DNA from: Rhodospirillales bacterium
GTDB taxonomy: Bacteria; Pseudomonadota; Alphaproteobacteria; Rhodospirillales; UBA2165
Length of the DNA stretch: 64,000 nucleotides
NCBI GenBank assembly: GCA_965221855.1
Contig: CBDCSV010000001.1
Span: 186,170-250,169, forward strand
Direction: 5' to 3'
Shown here: positions 49,705 to 60,300 of the stretch, one piece after another
Numbering within the stretch: position 1 is the stretch's first letter
Layout: each line of letters opens with the position of its first letter
Translations under genes and position numbers: made by a program
Notes under the pieces: model-generated
Seen by the model: the letters and a program-made list of their open reading frames with translations, nothing else
Databases searched by the model: none
What the model was told of the DNA's origin: nothing

Positions 49705-50829
49705 ATGGCGCAGGATCTCATGCTGGTGGGGAGCATTCCCTACGACACGGCGGAAGACGTATTCCGGGCGATCGGGCCCACCCTGGGCGAGTATCTTCCG
49801 TTCATGCCCGACGGGGAGATCGGCGAGCGCCTCTACTGGGTCAATCACGTCGCCTACCGGGTGCTGCACGGCCACCCGGACCTCGAGACGGTTCACCGGC
49901 CCATGACCGAGGACGGCGTCGAACTCTGGCACGGCGAGGGCGACGACAACATGTGGTCGTTCCGGGTCAAGCCGGGCGTGAAGAAGGTGCGGTTCGGCCA
50001 CACCGGCTGGCGCCTCGGCTACGCCAAGGACGCCATCAACTCGTATTTCGTATTCAACACCTTGCGGACGGACGGGGTGATCCCGGCGGATGTCCGTTTC
50101 CAGGTCTGCCTGCCGCTCCCGGCCAGCGCCGTTTTTCGCTGGCTCGCCGACAAGGACGGGTATCCGGCCCTGCGCGACGGGTTCACGGAATCCATGCACC
50201 ACGAGGTGGAAACCATCTTCACCCATATCCCGCACGAGGATTTGGCGATCCAATGGGATTGCGCCATCGAGGACACGATCATCGAACAGGCGCTGGAAAA
50301 GGCGGGCGGCCTGACCGACGAGGTCAAGGCGGTGGCGGCGGACATATTCGGACCGGCGAACGACTTGTGCGCCCACATCCCCGAAGAGGTCACTCTCGGA
50401 TACCATGCCTGCTATGGAACGTCCGGCGGCTGGCCGCGGCGGGAGCCGGATGACCTGACCGGTGCCGTCCTGTTGTGCAACGCGGCGGTCGCGGCGTCGG
50501 GCCGGCGGGTGGATTTTCTTCATCTTCCCACCGTTGCCTCCAAGGGCGACGACTACCTCAAACCGCTCGGCGATCTCGATCATCGCGGCGCGCGCGTCTA
50601 CATGGGTCTGATCCACGCACTGCACGGCGAAGGCGGCATGCGGGCGCAGATGGAGGCGGTAAAGGCCGAAATTCCCGACTTCGGCATCGCCGCGCCCTGC
50701 GGCTTCGGGCGCGGTCCGGGCAAGATGTCGGACCAGAAAGGACTGGATAAGGCGAACGCCTACATGGACGGCCTCATCGCCGACCACATCCAGGCGGTCC
50801 GGCTGCTTCGCGAGGTGCGGGACGGCTGA
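49705..50829 (+). CDS. Uncharacterised MetE/URO-D-like TIM-barrel protein
   Basis: LVGSIP, MPDGEIGER, FQVCLP, IQWDCAIE, YHACYG, CGFGR. Confidence 0.65.
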   Translation: MAQDLMLVGSIPYDTAEDVFRAIGPTLGEYLPFMPDGEIGERLYWVNHVAYRVLHGHPDLETVHRPMTEDGVELWHGEGDDNMWSFRVKPGVKKVRFGHTGWRLGYAKDAINSYFVFNTLRTDGVIPADVRFQVCLPLPASAVFRWLADKDGYPALRDGFTESMHHEVETIFTHIPHEDLAIQWDCAIEDTIIEQALEKAGGLTDEVKAVAADIFGPANDLCAHIPEEVTLGYHACYGTSGGWPRREPDDLTGAVLLCNAAVAASGRRVDFLHLPTVASKGDDYLKPLGDLDHRGARVYMGLIHALHGEGGMRAQMEAVKAEIPDFGIAAPCGFGRGPGKMSDQKGLDKANAYMDGLIADHIQAVRLLREVRDG

Positions 50830-50833
50830 GGGG

Positions 50834-51928
50834 CTAACCCTCCATATCGACGATGGCGATGACCGGTCCGCCGCCGCGGGGGCCCTGATGCATGGCGTCC
50901 ACCGAAACGAACACGGCGGGATCGCCGATAGCCGCCGCCGCGACGCCGCCCACCGCGGCTTTCGAATGGCGGTGGTGATGGACGTCGGAATCATCGAGCA
51001 TGATCTGGCGCCGGCCGCGCAGCCGCGCGGTCGGGTCCGCCTCGCACTTCATGAAGCAATTGACCACGCGGCCGCCGAGATCCTCGGCGCGCGGCCGCTC
51101 CGGCAGCTCCAGGCCGGCATCCCGGATGGCGTCGTAGATGCCGTCCATGTCGAGGGCGTCCTTCATCACCGAATGACCGATCCGGTAGCGCCCGCCGGCC
51201 CCGGGCCTGTTGCCGAACAGGACGATCTGCGCCTTGTCCAGCTCGACCCCGGAGGAACACGAGGCCACCGCCGAGTAGAGATCGAGGTTTCGGCAGATGT
51301 CCTCGGCCCTGGGCATCTCGATCTCGTTCAGCGCCACGGCGATGCCGAGGCCGGTGGTGCCGTTTGAAACCCCCATGGAATCGTGCACCTCGCAGGCGAC
51401 CGTTTGGCCCCGTCCGTGGGCCTGCTGAACCGTCTCGACGGTGAGGAGCGGGGTCTTGGTCTGGACGTAGTGGATGTCCTTGGGATCGTCGATTCCCGCA
51501 TCCTTCATGGCCGCGCGCACGCCGTCGGCAACCTTCTCGACCATGGCCGGGCGTCCGATGTCCTCGGGCAGGATGTCGTCGCTCATGGCGGTGCCCATGG
51601 CCAAGCGGTCTTCGTTTCCGGGGCCCGTCTCGCCGTTGCGGGCGAAGGCCACCGCGTGGGGCGTGATGACGCCGTCGCAGCCGCCGGACCAGACCATGGG
51701 GATCCGCTTGATCGCGGCTTCATCCCGCGTGCCCCGGCCGGTCAGCACCCGCCGGAACGCCTCGTCGGAGAGGATGCGGGTGAAGTCGTTGACGCCCCCG
51801 TTGCCCTCGGTCTTGCCGATGACGGCGACGATCTCGTCCGCCGACACGTCGCCCGAGGTGACCCATTCGTCCAGCCCGGACGCGTCGCTGACGCTCTTGA
51901 TTTCGATCTTTTTGACGTTGATGGCCAT
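50834..51928 (-). CDS. Ring-opening amidohydrolase (AtzD/barbiturase family), barbiturase-like
   Basis: [50 protein letters not shown]; start MAINVKK. Confidence 0.9.
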   Translation of the reverse strand: MAINVKKIEIKSVSDASGLDEWVTSGDVSADEIVAVIGKTEGNGGVNDFTRILSDEAFRRVLTGRGTRDEAAIKRIPMVWSGGCDGVITPHAVAFARNGETGPGNEDRLAMGTAMSDDILPEDIGRPAMVEKVADGVRAAMKDAGIDDPKDIHYVQTKTPLLTVETVQQAHGRGQTVACEVHDSMGVSNGTTGLGIAVALNEIEMPRAEDICRNLDLYSAVASCSSGVELDKAQIVLFGNRPGAGGRYRIGHSVMKDALDMDGIYDAIRDAGLELPERPRAEDLGGRVVNCFMKCEADPTARLRGRRQIMLDDSDVHHHRHSKAAVGGVAAAAIGDPAVFVSVDAMHQGPRGGGPVIAIVDMEG

Positions 51929-52010
51929 GTCCTGATTTCCCGAAGCGGATATTATCGGTATGATACTACGTCGGCCCAAGGTAGGCCAGCAGGGGGGAGA
52001 AGACCATGTT

Positions 52011-53290
52011 GGTAACGTCAAGAGTTGTGTGTCAGGGAGAGAGGGGTACTGATTCCCTGAGACTTGTTTTCGTGAATGAAGACCGCGTAGAGGATGCGGT
52101 CCATTGAGGTCTTGTCCTGGAAGGTTCCCATGGGCCGGGTTCGTCTCCGGACCTCCCGGAACCGTCGTTCGATGGCGTTGGTGGTCCTGACCTGCTTTCG
52201 TTCGGCAAGGGTCTTGTAGCGGAAGCAGGTGAGCAAGTCGTCGAGGTCGTTGCGCAGGCAGGCGACGGCCTTGGGGTAGGTCTGCTCCCAGGCGTCGGCG
52301 AAGCGGCGGGCGGCGCTGAGCGCCTTTGGCCGAGTGTCTGCGTTCATGACGTCGTGGACGTCGGCCTTGACGGCCTCCTGGTCGGTCTTGCGGACCTTGT
52401 CGAGGATGTTGCGCATCTTGTGCGCCCAGCATCTCTGGACCGGGATGCCGTGATAGACGACCGGCAAGGCGGCGAGCAGGCCCTGGCCGCCATCGACGCA
52501 GATCATCTCCAGGCCCTCGCCGGTGAGGCCGCGGCGGTGCAGCGCGGTGAGGAAGCGCTCCCATTCGGCGGCGCTCTCGCTGCCTGAGAGACAAAAGTCG
52601 ATAATCTCCTTCTTGCCGTCGTGCCGTATGCCCAACGCCACAAGGACCGGCCTGCGGAGCGCGCCGGCGCCGGTCTTGCGGGCCAGCACCACGCCGTCGA
52701 GCATCAGCGCCTTGTAGACGTTCTTTAGCGGCCTGCGGTGGAAAGCCGCGACCGTTGCGTCCAGGGTCTTGGCGACCCGGCTCACGGTCGCGGCCGAGAC
52801 CGGGCGCCCGAGCAGGGCAAGCAGGACCTCACCGACCTTGCGCGTCGAGAGCCCCAGCACGAAGCCGGCCAGGATGGCGCGGTCGATCTCCGGGGCGCGT
52901 CTTGCATAGCCGCGCAGGATCTCGGTCGGGCAGAAGTGCCGGGTGCGCGGCACGTTGAGCTCGATGTCGCCGAGTTCGCTGAGCAGGCAACGCCGGTAGG
53001 TGCCGTTGCGCCGGTCGCGTATGGCGCTGCCATCGAGGCCGTCGAGCCAGCGGTCCACCGCTTCGGCCATCCGGCCTTCGATGATCCCGGCCAGCGCCTG
53101 GCGGCCGAGCGGGCGGTAGCCCTCGCCCCAGTCCAGTCCGTCTGCCTGCATCTCCTTCACCACCTCAAAGGCCTGTGGTAGGCTCTCAATCGTCACAGCT
53201 CGCTGTGGCATCGGGGTACTCCTTCTTGCGGTTGTCGTGAACCACAGGGAGTACCCCACTCCCGCCTGACACATAAATCCTTACGTTACC
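52011..53290 (-). mobile_element. IS256-family element, copy 2, with 8-bp target duplication ACCATGTT
   Basis: TIRs GGTAACGTCAAGAGTTGTGTGTCAG / CTGACACATAAATCCTTACGTTACC; duplication at 52003-52010 and 53291-53298. Confidence 0.95.
52018..53211 (-). CDS. IS256-family transposase
   Basis: MPQRAVTIE; [30 protein letters not shown]. Confidence 0.93.
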   Translation of the reverse strand: MPQRAVTIESLPQAFEVVKEMQADGLDWGEGYRPLGRQALAGIIEGRMAEAVDRWLDGLDGSAIRDRRNGTYRRCLLSELGDIELNVPRTRHFCPTEILRGYARRAPEIDRAILAGFVLGLSTRKVGEVLLALLGRPVSAATVSRVAKTLDATVAAFHRRPLKNVYKALMLDGVVLARKTGAGALRRPVLVALGIRHDGKKEIIDFCLSGSESAAEWERFLTALHRRGLTGEGLEMICVDGGQGLLAALPVVYHGIPVQRCWAHKMRNILDKVRKTDQEAVKADVHDVMNADTRPKALSAARRFADAWEQTYPKAVACLRNDLDDLLTCFRYKTLAERKQVRTTNAIERRFREVRRRTRPMGTFQDKTSMDRILYAVFIHENKSQGISTPLSLTHNS

Positions 53291-53293
53291 ACC

Positions 53294-54118
53294 ATGTTGA
53301 CGCTCTATCACAGCGGCCTCAGTACGTGCTCCAAGCAGGTTCGCCACTGCTTGAAGGAGAAGGGGATCGCTTACGAAAGCCGGTACGTGGAGTTGTGGCG
53401 CTACGAGAATTTGAACCCGTGGTATCTCCAATGGAACCCCAACGGCGTCGTGCCGGCCCTGGATCATGACGGAACGGCGATTTACAACGCCGTGCCGATC
53501 CTCGAATACCTCGAGGATGCGTTTCCGGAACGGCCGCTGCGCCCGGCGGATCCCAAGCGCCGGTGGAAGATGCGCCACTGGATGTGGATGGGCGATTATG
53601 TGCACCAAGCGGTCATCGACCTGACCTTCTCCGCACGGCTGCAATCCCTGGTCGAAGACCTCGGCGAAGACGACAAGGCGAAGATGATCGCCCGTTCGCC
53701 CATGCCCGACCGCCGCGAACGGTGGCGCCGGCTCTCAACGGGCGGCTACACCGAGGCGGAAATTCAGGCTGCCCTCGACATTGTCGACTACACCGTCGCG
53801 TGGCTGGAACGGGAGCTCTCGCAATCGACCTGGATCGCGGGCGAAGAGATGTCGCTGGCGGATGTATATGTCCTGGCGAACGTGCACCGGGTCCGTGAAT
53901 TGTACCCCGAGAAGGTGGAGCCCCAACGATTCCCGAAGGTCAACGGATGGAGGGACCGGCTGATGGCCCGTCCGGCCGCCGCCGAGGCCTATGCGCCGGG
54001 AACGGTGGAGACCCCGCCAAGACCCGGCGGAAACTCCGTCGAGGGCATCGATATGGATTTGCAGGCGGTCCTTGCCGATCGCGCCATCGAAATGCCGCCT
54101 TTCACCGCTCGGGCGTAG
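53294..54118 (+). CDS. Glutathione S-transferase (LigF/PcpC-like class)
   Basis: STCSKQVR, NPNGVVP, LEYLEDAFP..LRPADP, SLAD. Confidence 0.88.
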   Translation: MLTLYHSGLSTCSKQVRHCLKEKGIAYESRYVELWRYENLNPWYLQWNPNGVVPALDHDGTAIYNAVPILEYLEDAFPERPLRPADPKRRWKMRHWMWMGDYVHQAVIDLTFSARLQSLVEDLGEDDKAKMIARSPMPDRRERWRRLSTGGYTEAEIQAALDIVDYTVAWLERELSQSTWIAGEEMSLADVYVLANVHRVRELYPEKVEPQRFPKVNGWRDRLMARPAAAEAYAPGTVETPPRPGGNSVEGIDMDLQAVLADRAIEMPPFTARA

Positions 54119-54281
54119 TCACAGGCCGGTGCCGGGCATCCCGGGGTGGGGGCGTGATCCCGGCGAAGGGGTAATTCGCGATCATTCGCTTAAATCCCGA
54201 CCCGTTCGTGGTTTTGTTGAAGCTTGTTTTTGACCGTATTTTCGGCTCAATTGCGCGCTCCGACCAAGGGAGGTTTAGATC

Positions 54282-55037
54282 GTGTCCAGTGATCCAAAAG
54301 TCGCCGTCATTACCGGTGCGGGCTCGGGCGTTGGCCGGGCCGCCGCCGTTTCGCTGAACCGGGAGGGATATGGCCTTGCCTTGGCCGGGCGGCGTGCCGA
54401 TGCGCTGGACGAGACCGTCGGGATGCTGGACAGCGGCACGCCGTCAATCGCCGTTCAAACGGATATCGCCGACGCGGATCAGGTCGCCAACCTGTTCGCC
54501 GAAACCCAAAAGGCGTTCGGCCGGCTCGATCTGCTGTTCAACAACGCCGGCGGCGGCGCGCCCAGGATCGCCATGGAGGATCTCGATCTCGCCGACTGGC
54601 GGCAGGTGGTCGACGTCAACCTGACCGGAAGCTTCATGTGCGCCCAACAGGCGATCCGGATGATGAAGGCGCAGGACCCGCAGGGGGGCCGCATCGTCAA
54701 CAACGGTTCGGTTTCCGCCCTGGTGCCGCGCCCGGATACGGTGGCCTACACCGCCACCAAGCACGCGATGACCGGCCTGACCAAGTGCATCGCCCTGGAT
54801 TGCCGCAAATACGGCATTGCGTGCACGCAGATCGATATCGGCAATGCCGACACGCCGCTCGCGGCCCGCTTCAAGGAAGGCGTGCCTCAGGCCAACGGCG
54901 AGATCAAAATCGAGCCGGTCTTCGACGTGGCCCATGTCGGCGACACGATTGCCTCTATCGCCGCCCTGCCGCTCGACACCAATGTTCTGTTCATGACCAT
55001 CATGGCGACCAACATGCCGTTGGTCGGCCGCGGCTGA
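54282..55037 (+). CDS. SDR family oxidoreductase
   Basis: [21 protein letters not shown]. Confidence 0.93.
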   Translation: MSSDPKVAVITGAGSGVGRAAAVSLNREGYGLALAGRRADALDETVGMLDSGTPSIAVQTDIADADQVANLFAETQKAFGRLDLLFNNAGGGAPRIAMEDLDLADWRQVVDVNLTGSFMCAQQAIRMMKAQDPQGGRIVNNGSVSALVPRPDTVAYTATKHAMTGLTKCIALDCRKYGIACTQIDIGNADTPLAARFKEGVPQANGEIKIEPVFDVAHVGDTIASIAALPLDTNVLFMTIMATNMPLVGRG

Positions 55038-55065
55038 CACCTCAACAATCCATCTGGAGTCGTTC

Positions 55066-55950
55066 ATGTCCACCGAGATCCGGGATTGCATCCCGCCCGA
55101 CCGCAATCCACGCAAGCCGAGCTTCGCCCTCCCGTCCGGCGCCGTCGACACCCATGTCCATGTCTTCGAGGACAAGTACGCCCTGTCGCCGGCGCGGGGC
55201 TACAATCCGCCGGAATCCACCCTCGACGACCTCGAACATCTTCATGCCGTCCTGGGGGTCGACCGGGTCGTATTCACCCAGCCCTCGCCCTACGGCGTCG
55301 ACAATTCGGCGATCATGGATGGCGCCGCCGCGCTCAATGCCGAGACCCCGGACCGGGCGCGGATGGTTGTCGCGGTCACCATGGATGTGACCCAGGACGA
55401 ATTGGCCGACATGGACGCGGCAGGCGCGCGCGGGGTCCGGCTGAACACGGACAACAAGGGCGGCATGCCCATGGAATTCAGCGAGATACCGGAACTGGCC
55501 GCCCGGATCGGCGAATTCGGCTGGCATATCGAGTTCCTTTTTCCGGGGAAGGACATCATCGAACTGATGCCCGTCTTCAGGAGCATCCCAATTCCGATTT
55601 CCATCGGGCATTTCGCCTATCAGCCGGCGGCCGCCGGTATCAAGGCGCCGGGCTTTCTCGCCCTGCTGGAGCTGATGAGGGAGGGCAATACCTGGATCAA
55701 GATTTCCGGCGCCAACCGGGTCAGCGAGACCGATCTCCCGCCCTATGACGACGTCAAACCCATGGCCCGGGCGCTGATTGACGCCGCGCCCGACCGGGTG
55801 ATGTGGGGGACCGACTGGCCCCATCCCAACAAGTACGAAGTCAATCCCAACGACGGCGATCTGGCCGATGCATTCGCCGATTGGGTCGACGACGACGCCA
55901 TGCGCGGGAAAATAATGGTCGATACCCCGGCGGCGTTCTATCGCTTCTAG
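55066..55950 (+). CDS. Amidohydrolase-fold lactonase, LigI (PDC hydrolase)-like
   Basis: DTHVHVF, YGVDNS, RGVRLN, GWH, WIKISG, WGTDWPHP. Confidence 0.82.
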   Translation: MSTEIRDCIPPDRNPRKPSFALPSGAVDTHVHVFEDKYALSPARGYNPPESTLDDLEHLHAVLGVDRVVFTQPSPYGVDNSAIMDGAAALNAETPDRARMVVAVTMDVTQDELADMDAAGARGVRLNTDNKGGMPMEFSEIPELAARIGEFGWHIEFLFPGKDIIELMPVFRSIPIPISIGHFAYQPAAAGIKAPGFLALLELMREGNTWIKISGANRVSETDLPPYDDVKPMARALIDAAPDRVMWGTDWPHPNKYEVNPNDGDLADAFADWVDDDAMRGKIMVDTPAAFYRF

Positions 55951-57002
55951 AGCGTATTTGAGATTGATTGAATCATTTTAGGGATTCCCAAGTATGGGCG
56001 AACCATGATTCAAGATGGATGCTGGGCAAGGAGGCCAGCATTCATGGCGAGACCTTATTCGATTGATTTGCGAGAGCGTGTTGTTTTGGCGGTTTTGGCG
56101 GGGGAGAGTTGCCGCGCTGTAGCGGCTCGGTTTGGGGTTGCGGTTTCGAGCGTGGTTAAGTGGTCGCAGCGCTACCGGCGGACGGGGAGTGTTGCGCCCG
56201 GCAAGATGGGCGGTCACCGCCGCCGGGTTCTTGAGCCCCATCGGGAGTTCATTGTCGGCCGGATCGACCAGGAGCCGCATCTGACGCTGCATCGGTTGAG
56301 AGACGAGTTGGCCGCTCGGGGTGTCAGGGTATCCCACAGCACGGTATGGCTGTTTCTGCGCCGTGAAGGGCTGCGCTTTAAAAAAAACCCTGTTCGCCGT
56401 TGAACGGGCGCGCGCGGACATCGCCCGCCATCGCAGGCGCTGGAAGGCGTGGCAGGCAAAGCTTGATCCCGAACGGCTGGTATTCATTGATGAAACCTGG
56501 ATCCGGACCAATATGGCCCCGCTGCGCGGCTGGGGGCCGAAAGGGGAGCGGGTCCGCGGCTTTGCCCCCCATGGGCGGTGGCACACCCTGACCTTCATCG
56601 GCGCGCTGCGCTGCGACCGGTTCACCGCGCCCTGCGTCTTCGACGGCCCCATCAATGGCGTGTGCTTCCGCGCCTACGTCGAGCAGCTGCTCGTGCCGAC
56701 CCTGGTGCCCGGCGACATCGTCATCATGGACAATCTCGGCAGCCACAAGTCAAAAGCCGTGCGAAACGCCATCCGTGCCGCCGGAGCCAAGCTGTGGCTC
56801 CTGCCCAAATATTCCCCCGACCTCAATCCCATCGAGCAGACCTTTGCCCAAATCAAGCACTGGATGAGAAACGCCCAGAAGCGGGAGATCGACGACTTAT
56901 GGCGCCATCTCGGGAGCCTCATCGACACCATCGAGCCACAGCAATGCGCCAACTACTTCAAAAACGCAGGATACGCTTCCGTCAAAATATGAAACGCTCT
57001 AG
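55947..57002 (+). mobile_element. IS630-family element A, copy 3 (opposite orientation)
   Basis: Reverse complement of copies 1 and 2; CTAG at both ends. Confidence 0.95.
56044..56992 (+). CDS. IS630 transposase (frameshift at A8, 56380-56387)
   Basis: Identical translations to copies 1 and 2. Confidence 0.9.
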
Positions 57003-57071
57003 CGGAAATCCCCCGATGCCGATCAGGGGGAGTCGTTGCCGTTGCCGGGTGAGGGGGAGCAAAGCCCAATT

Positions 57072-57279
57072 CGTCATACCCCGGCCTTCAGTCGGCCGAA
57101 GCCGACTTTCGGACGGCGCAGGCCGGCGCAAGTCCGGGGTATCCAGATTTTCAATTCTTTAACCACAGAGACGGTGAGGCAGTGAGACAAGAGGAGTTAA
57201 TCATTCCTCCTCTGTGTCTCTGTGCCTCTGTGGTGAGATTCCTGTTTCCTGGATGCCCCGGACAAGCCGGGGCATGACG
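57072..57279. repeat. Nested composite repeat
   Basis: GTCATACCCCGG...CCGGGGTATCCA and TGGATGCCCCGGACAAGCCGGGGCATGAC arms around ACCACAGAG...CTCTGTGGT. Confidence 0.85.
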
Positions 57280-57352
57280 ACTGGAGTGTGCCTCAAATGG
57301 AGTGCGTCACTCCCCTAGACTTCCCCCCTTGCTCCGGCTCGCATCGGCGTGT

Positions 57353-60300
57353 CTAGCGGAAATCCCTCGATCCGGGCAGAACCCTTGGGCTTTTGCCCAA
57401 TACTTCGCGGGGGTCCCGCCGGCCGTTGCGGATCGGACGCCTGAACTCATCCGGCGGCCCGGGGATATCACGGGGGCCGGTCGCCAGTTCGTTCAGGCGG
57501 TGAGCATGGTCGTGGAGCTTGTGCGCGACGATGTGGGTGACGATGCCCTCCCGCTGCAGGCGTCCCTTGATGCCGATCAGGCAGGAGCCGAGCACGGTCT
57601 TGCGGTAGCGCTCCAGGGTGTGAGGCCAGACGATGATGTTGGCCACGCCCGTTTCATCCTCGATGGTGATGAACACCACGCCCTTGGCGCTGCCCGGGCG
57701 CTGGCGGATCAGCACCACGCCTGCGATACGGATCCAGTCGTCGGGCTGGTACTCGGTCAGCTTGTCGCAAGTGATGAACTTCCGGTTGGCGAAGTCGTCG
57801 CGCAGGAAACTCATGGGATGGGCCTTCAGGGACAGTTTCATCATCCGGTAATCATCGGCGACCGCCTCGCCGAGGCCGATTTCGGGGAGCGTGACGGCGG
57901 GCTCGGCCTGGATTTCATGCTCGTCCATGGCCTCGAACAGGGGCAGGGGCGCGGCATCGGTGAGACCGGTCACCGACCACAGCGCCCGGCGGCGATCCAA
58001 TCCCAGGGATTGAAAGGCATCCGCCCGGGCCAGCCTGTCGAGGGCAGCCTTGTTGAGCCGGCCCCGGCTCCGAAGGTCGGCGGCCTCCCGATAGCCGTTT
58101 TCCCGGCGGTCCACCAGGCGATCGGCATCGTCTTCGCGGAACCCCTTGATCTGGCGAAAGCCCAACCGCACCGCCATGTCCAGATCGAGGGGATCCCGCC
58201 ATTCCTCATGTCCCTTGGTCATCCCGGGCGCCTCGCCGTAGGCCGGCTCGAGCGTGCATTCCCATTCGCTGTCGTTGATGTCGGGCGGGCGGACCTCGAC
58301 CCCGTGCTCCCGGGCATCGCGCACCAACTGCGCCGGCGCATAGAAGCCCATGGGCTGGGAATTCAGGATGGCGGCGGCGAACACCGCCGGGTAGCGGCAC
58401 TTGATCCAGGCCGAGATGTAGACCAGCAGCGCGAAGCTCGCCGAGTGGGATTCCGGGAAGCCGTAATCGGCGAAGCCCTCGATCTGCTTGAAGCAGCGCT
58501 CGGCGAAATCGGGGTCGTAGCCGCGCCCCACCATGCCGTCGATGAACTTGCCCTTGAAGCTGGGGATGGTGCCGGTATGGCGGAAGGTGGCCATGGCGCG
58601 CCGGAGCCCGTCGGCCTCGTTGGGCGTAAAGCCGGCGGCGACGATGGCGATTTTCATCGCCTGTTCCTGGAACAGGGGCACGCCCATGGTCTTGCCGAGC
58701 ACCTCTTCGAGTTCCTTGGAGGGGAACGCCACCGGTTCCTCGCCGTTCCGGCGGCGGAGATAGGGGTGCACCATGTCGCCCTGGATGGGGCCGGGCCGGA
58801 CGATCGCCACCTCGATCACCAGGTCGTAAAACTCCCGGGGCTTGAGACGGGGCAGCATGGCCATCTGGGCGCGGCTTTCCACCTGGAAGACGCCGACCGA
58901 GTCGCCCTCGCACAGCATGTCGTAGACCAGCGGGTCTTCGGCGGGCACATCGGCGAGACCCATCTTCCGGCCGTGATGTCGGTGGATCAGGTCGAACGCC
59001 TTGCGGATACAGGTCAGCATGCCGAGGCCCAGGACATCGATCTTCAGCATGCCCAAGGCATCGAGATCGTCCTTGTCCCATTCGATGACGGTGCGGTCCT
59101 CCATGGCGGCGTTTTCCACCGGGACCACCGTATCCAGCGGCCCCTTGGTGATCACGAAGCCGCCCGGATGCTGGCTGAGGTGCCGCGGGAATCCCTGAAT
59201 CTCCCGGGCAAGATCGATGGTCATCCGGAGCGTTTCGTCCGTGGGGTCGAGGCCGGCTTTCCGGATGTGTTCGTCTTCGGGCACCTCGCCCTTGATATGC
59301 CGCCAGGCGAGGCTGGTCACCGCCTGGATCGTGTCCTCCGAAAGCCCCATCACCTTGCTGACCTCGCGGATGGCGCTCCGCATGCGGTAACTGATGACCG
59401 TCGCCGTCAGGCTCGCCCGGTCACGGCCGTATTTCCCGTAGATGTACTGGATGACTTCTTCCCGGCGTTCGTGCTCGAAGTCCACATCGATGTCCGGCGG
59501 CTCGTCCCGCTCCGCGCTGACGAAGCGCTCGAACAACAGGTCGATGCGGGCCGGGTCGACGGCCGTAATGCCGAGGCAGTAGCAGACCGCCGAATTGGCC
59601 GCCGATCCCCGGCCCTGGCAGAGAATACGCCGTCCGCGGGCGAACCGGATGATGTCGTAAATGGTGAGGAAGTAGGGGGCGTAGTCGAGTTCGCCGATGA
59701 GGTCCAGTTCATGGCCGATCTGCTTTTGGACCTTCTCCGGGACCCCGCGGGGGTAGCGTTCCCTGGCGCCGGCCCCGGTCAGGCGGACGAGTTCCTCCTG
59801 AGGGGAGCGTCCTTCGGGAACCGGCTCCACCGGATATTCATAGCGCAGTTCATCGAGGTTGAACGTGCAGGCGGCAACGATCCGCCGGGTGTTTTCGATG
59901 GCCGCCGGATAATCCGCGAACAGGCGGGCCATTTCTTCCGGGGATTTCAGATGGCGCTCCGAATTGGCCATCAATTTGTAGCCTGCTTCCGAGAGAGGAC
60001 AGTGTTCCCGGATACAGGTCAGGACATCCTGCAGCGGCCGCCGTTCGGGGACGTGATAATGGACGTCATTGGTCGCGACGATGGGGATTCCGGCCTGTTT
60101 CGCACGCGCTGCAAGCGCATAAATCCGGCGGAAATCATCTCCGTAATAATTATGTTTTACAGATAGATATAGATTGTTTTGAAACTTGTTTTTCAGTTCA
60201 AGCAGGTGTCTGTCATAGGCCGCGTCCAGTTTTTCCGGCGGCAAAGCGACGGCCGTCTGTCCGGCGCCGCCCTGGAAGGTTTTCCCGTCGAGAATATCGG

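Noticed and set aside
50834-52594. Apparent 586-aa fusion of transposase-region sequence to the barbiturase-like protein
   Set aside because: Off-frame read-through from IS256; the family N-terminus begins at 51928
57300-57330. CTCCCCTAGACTT resembling the mmgR/suhB sRNA core
   Set aside because: Short imperfect match, no terminator or promoter context
57302-60166. 954-aa plus-strand ORF and many other long antisense or off-frame ORFs (e.g. 18696-21956, 18545-20323, 44296-45876)
   Set aside because: Shadow frames of genuine high-GC genes; low-complexity Arg/Gly/Pro translations with no motifs
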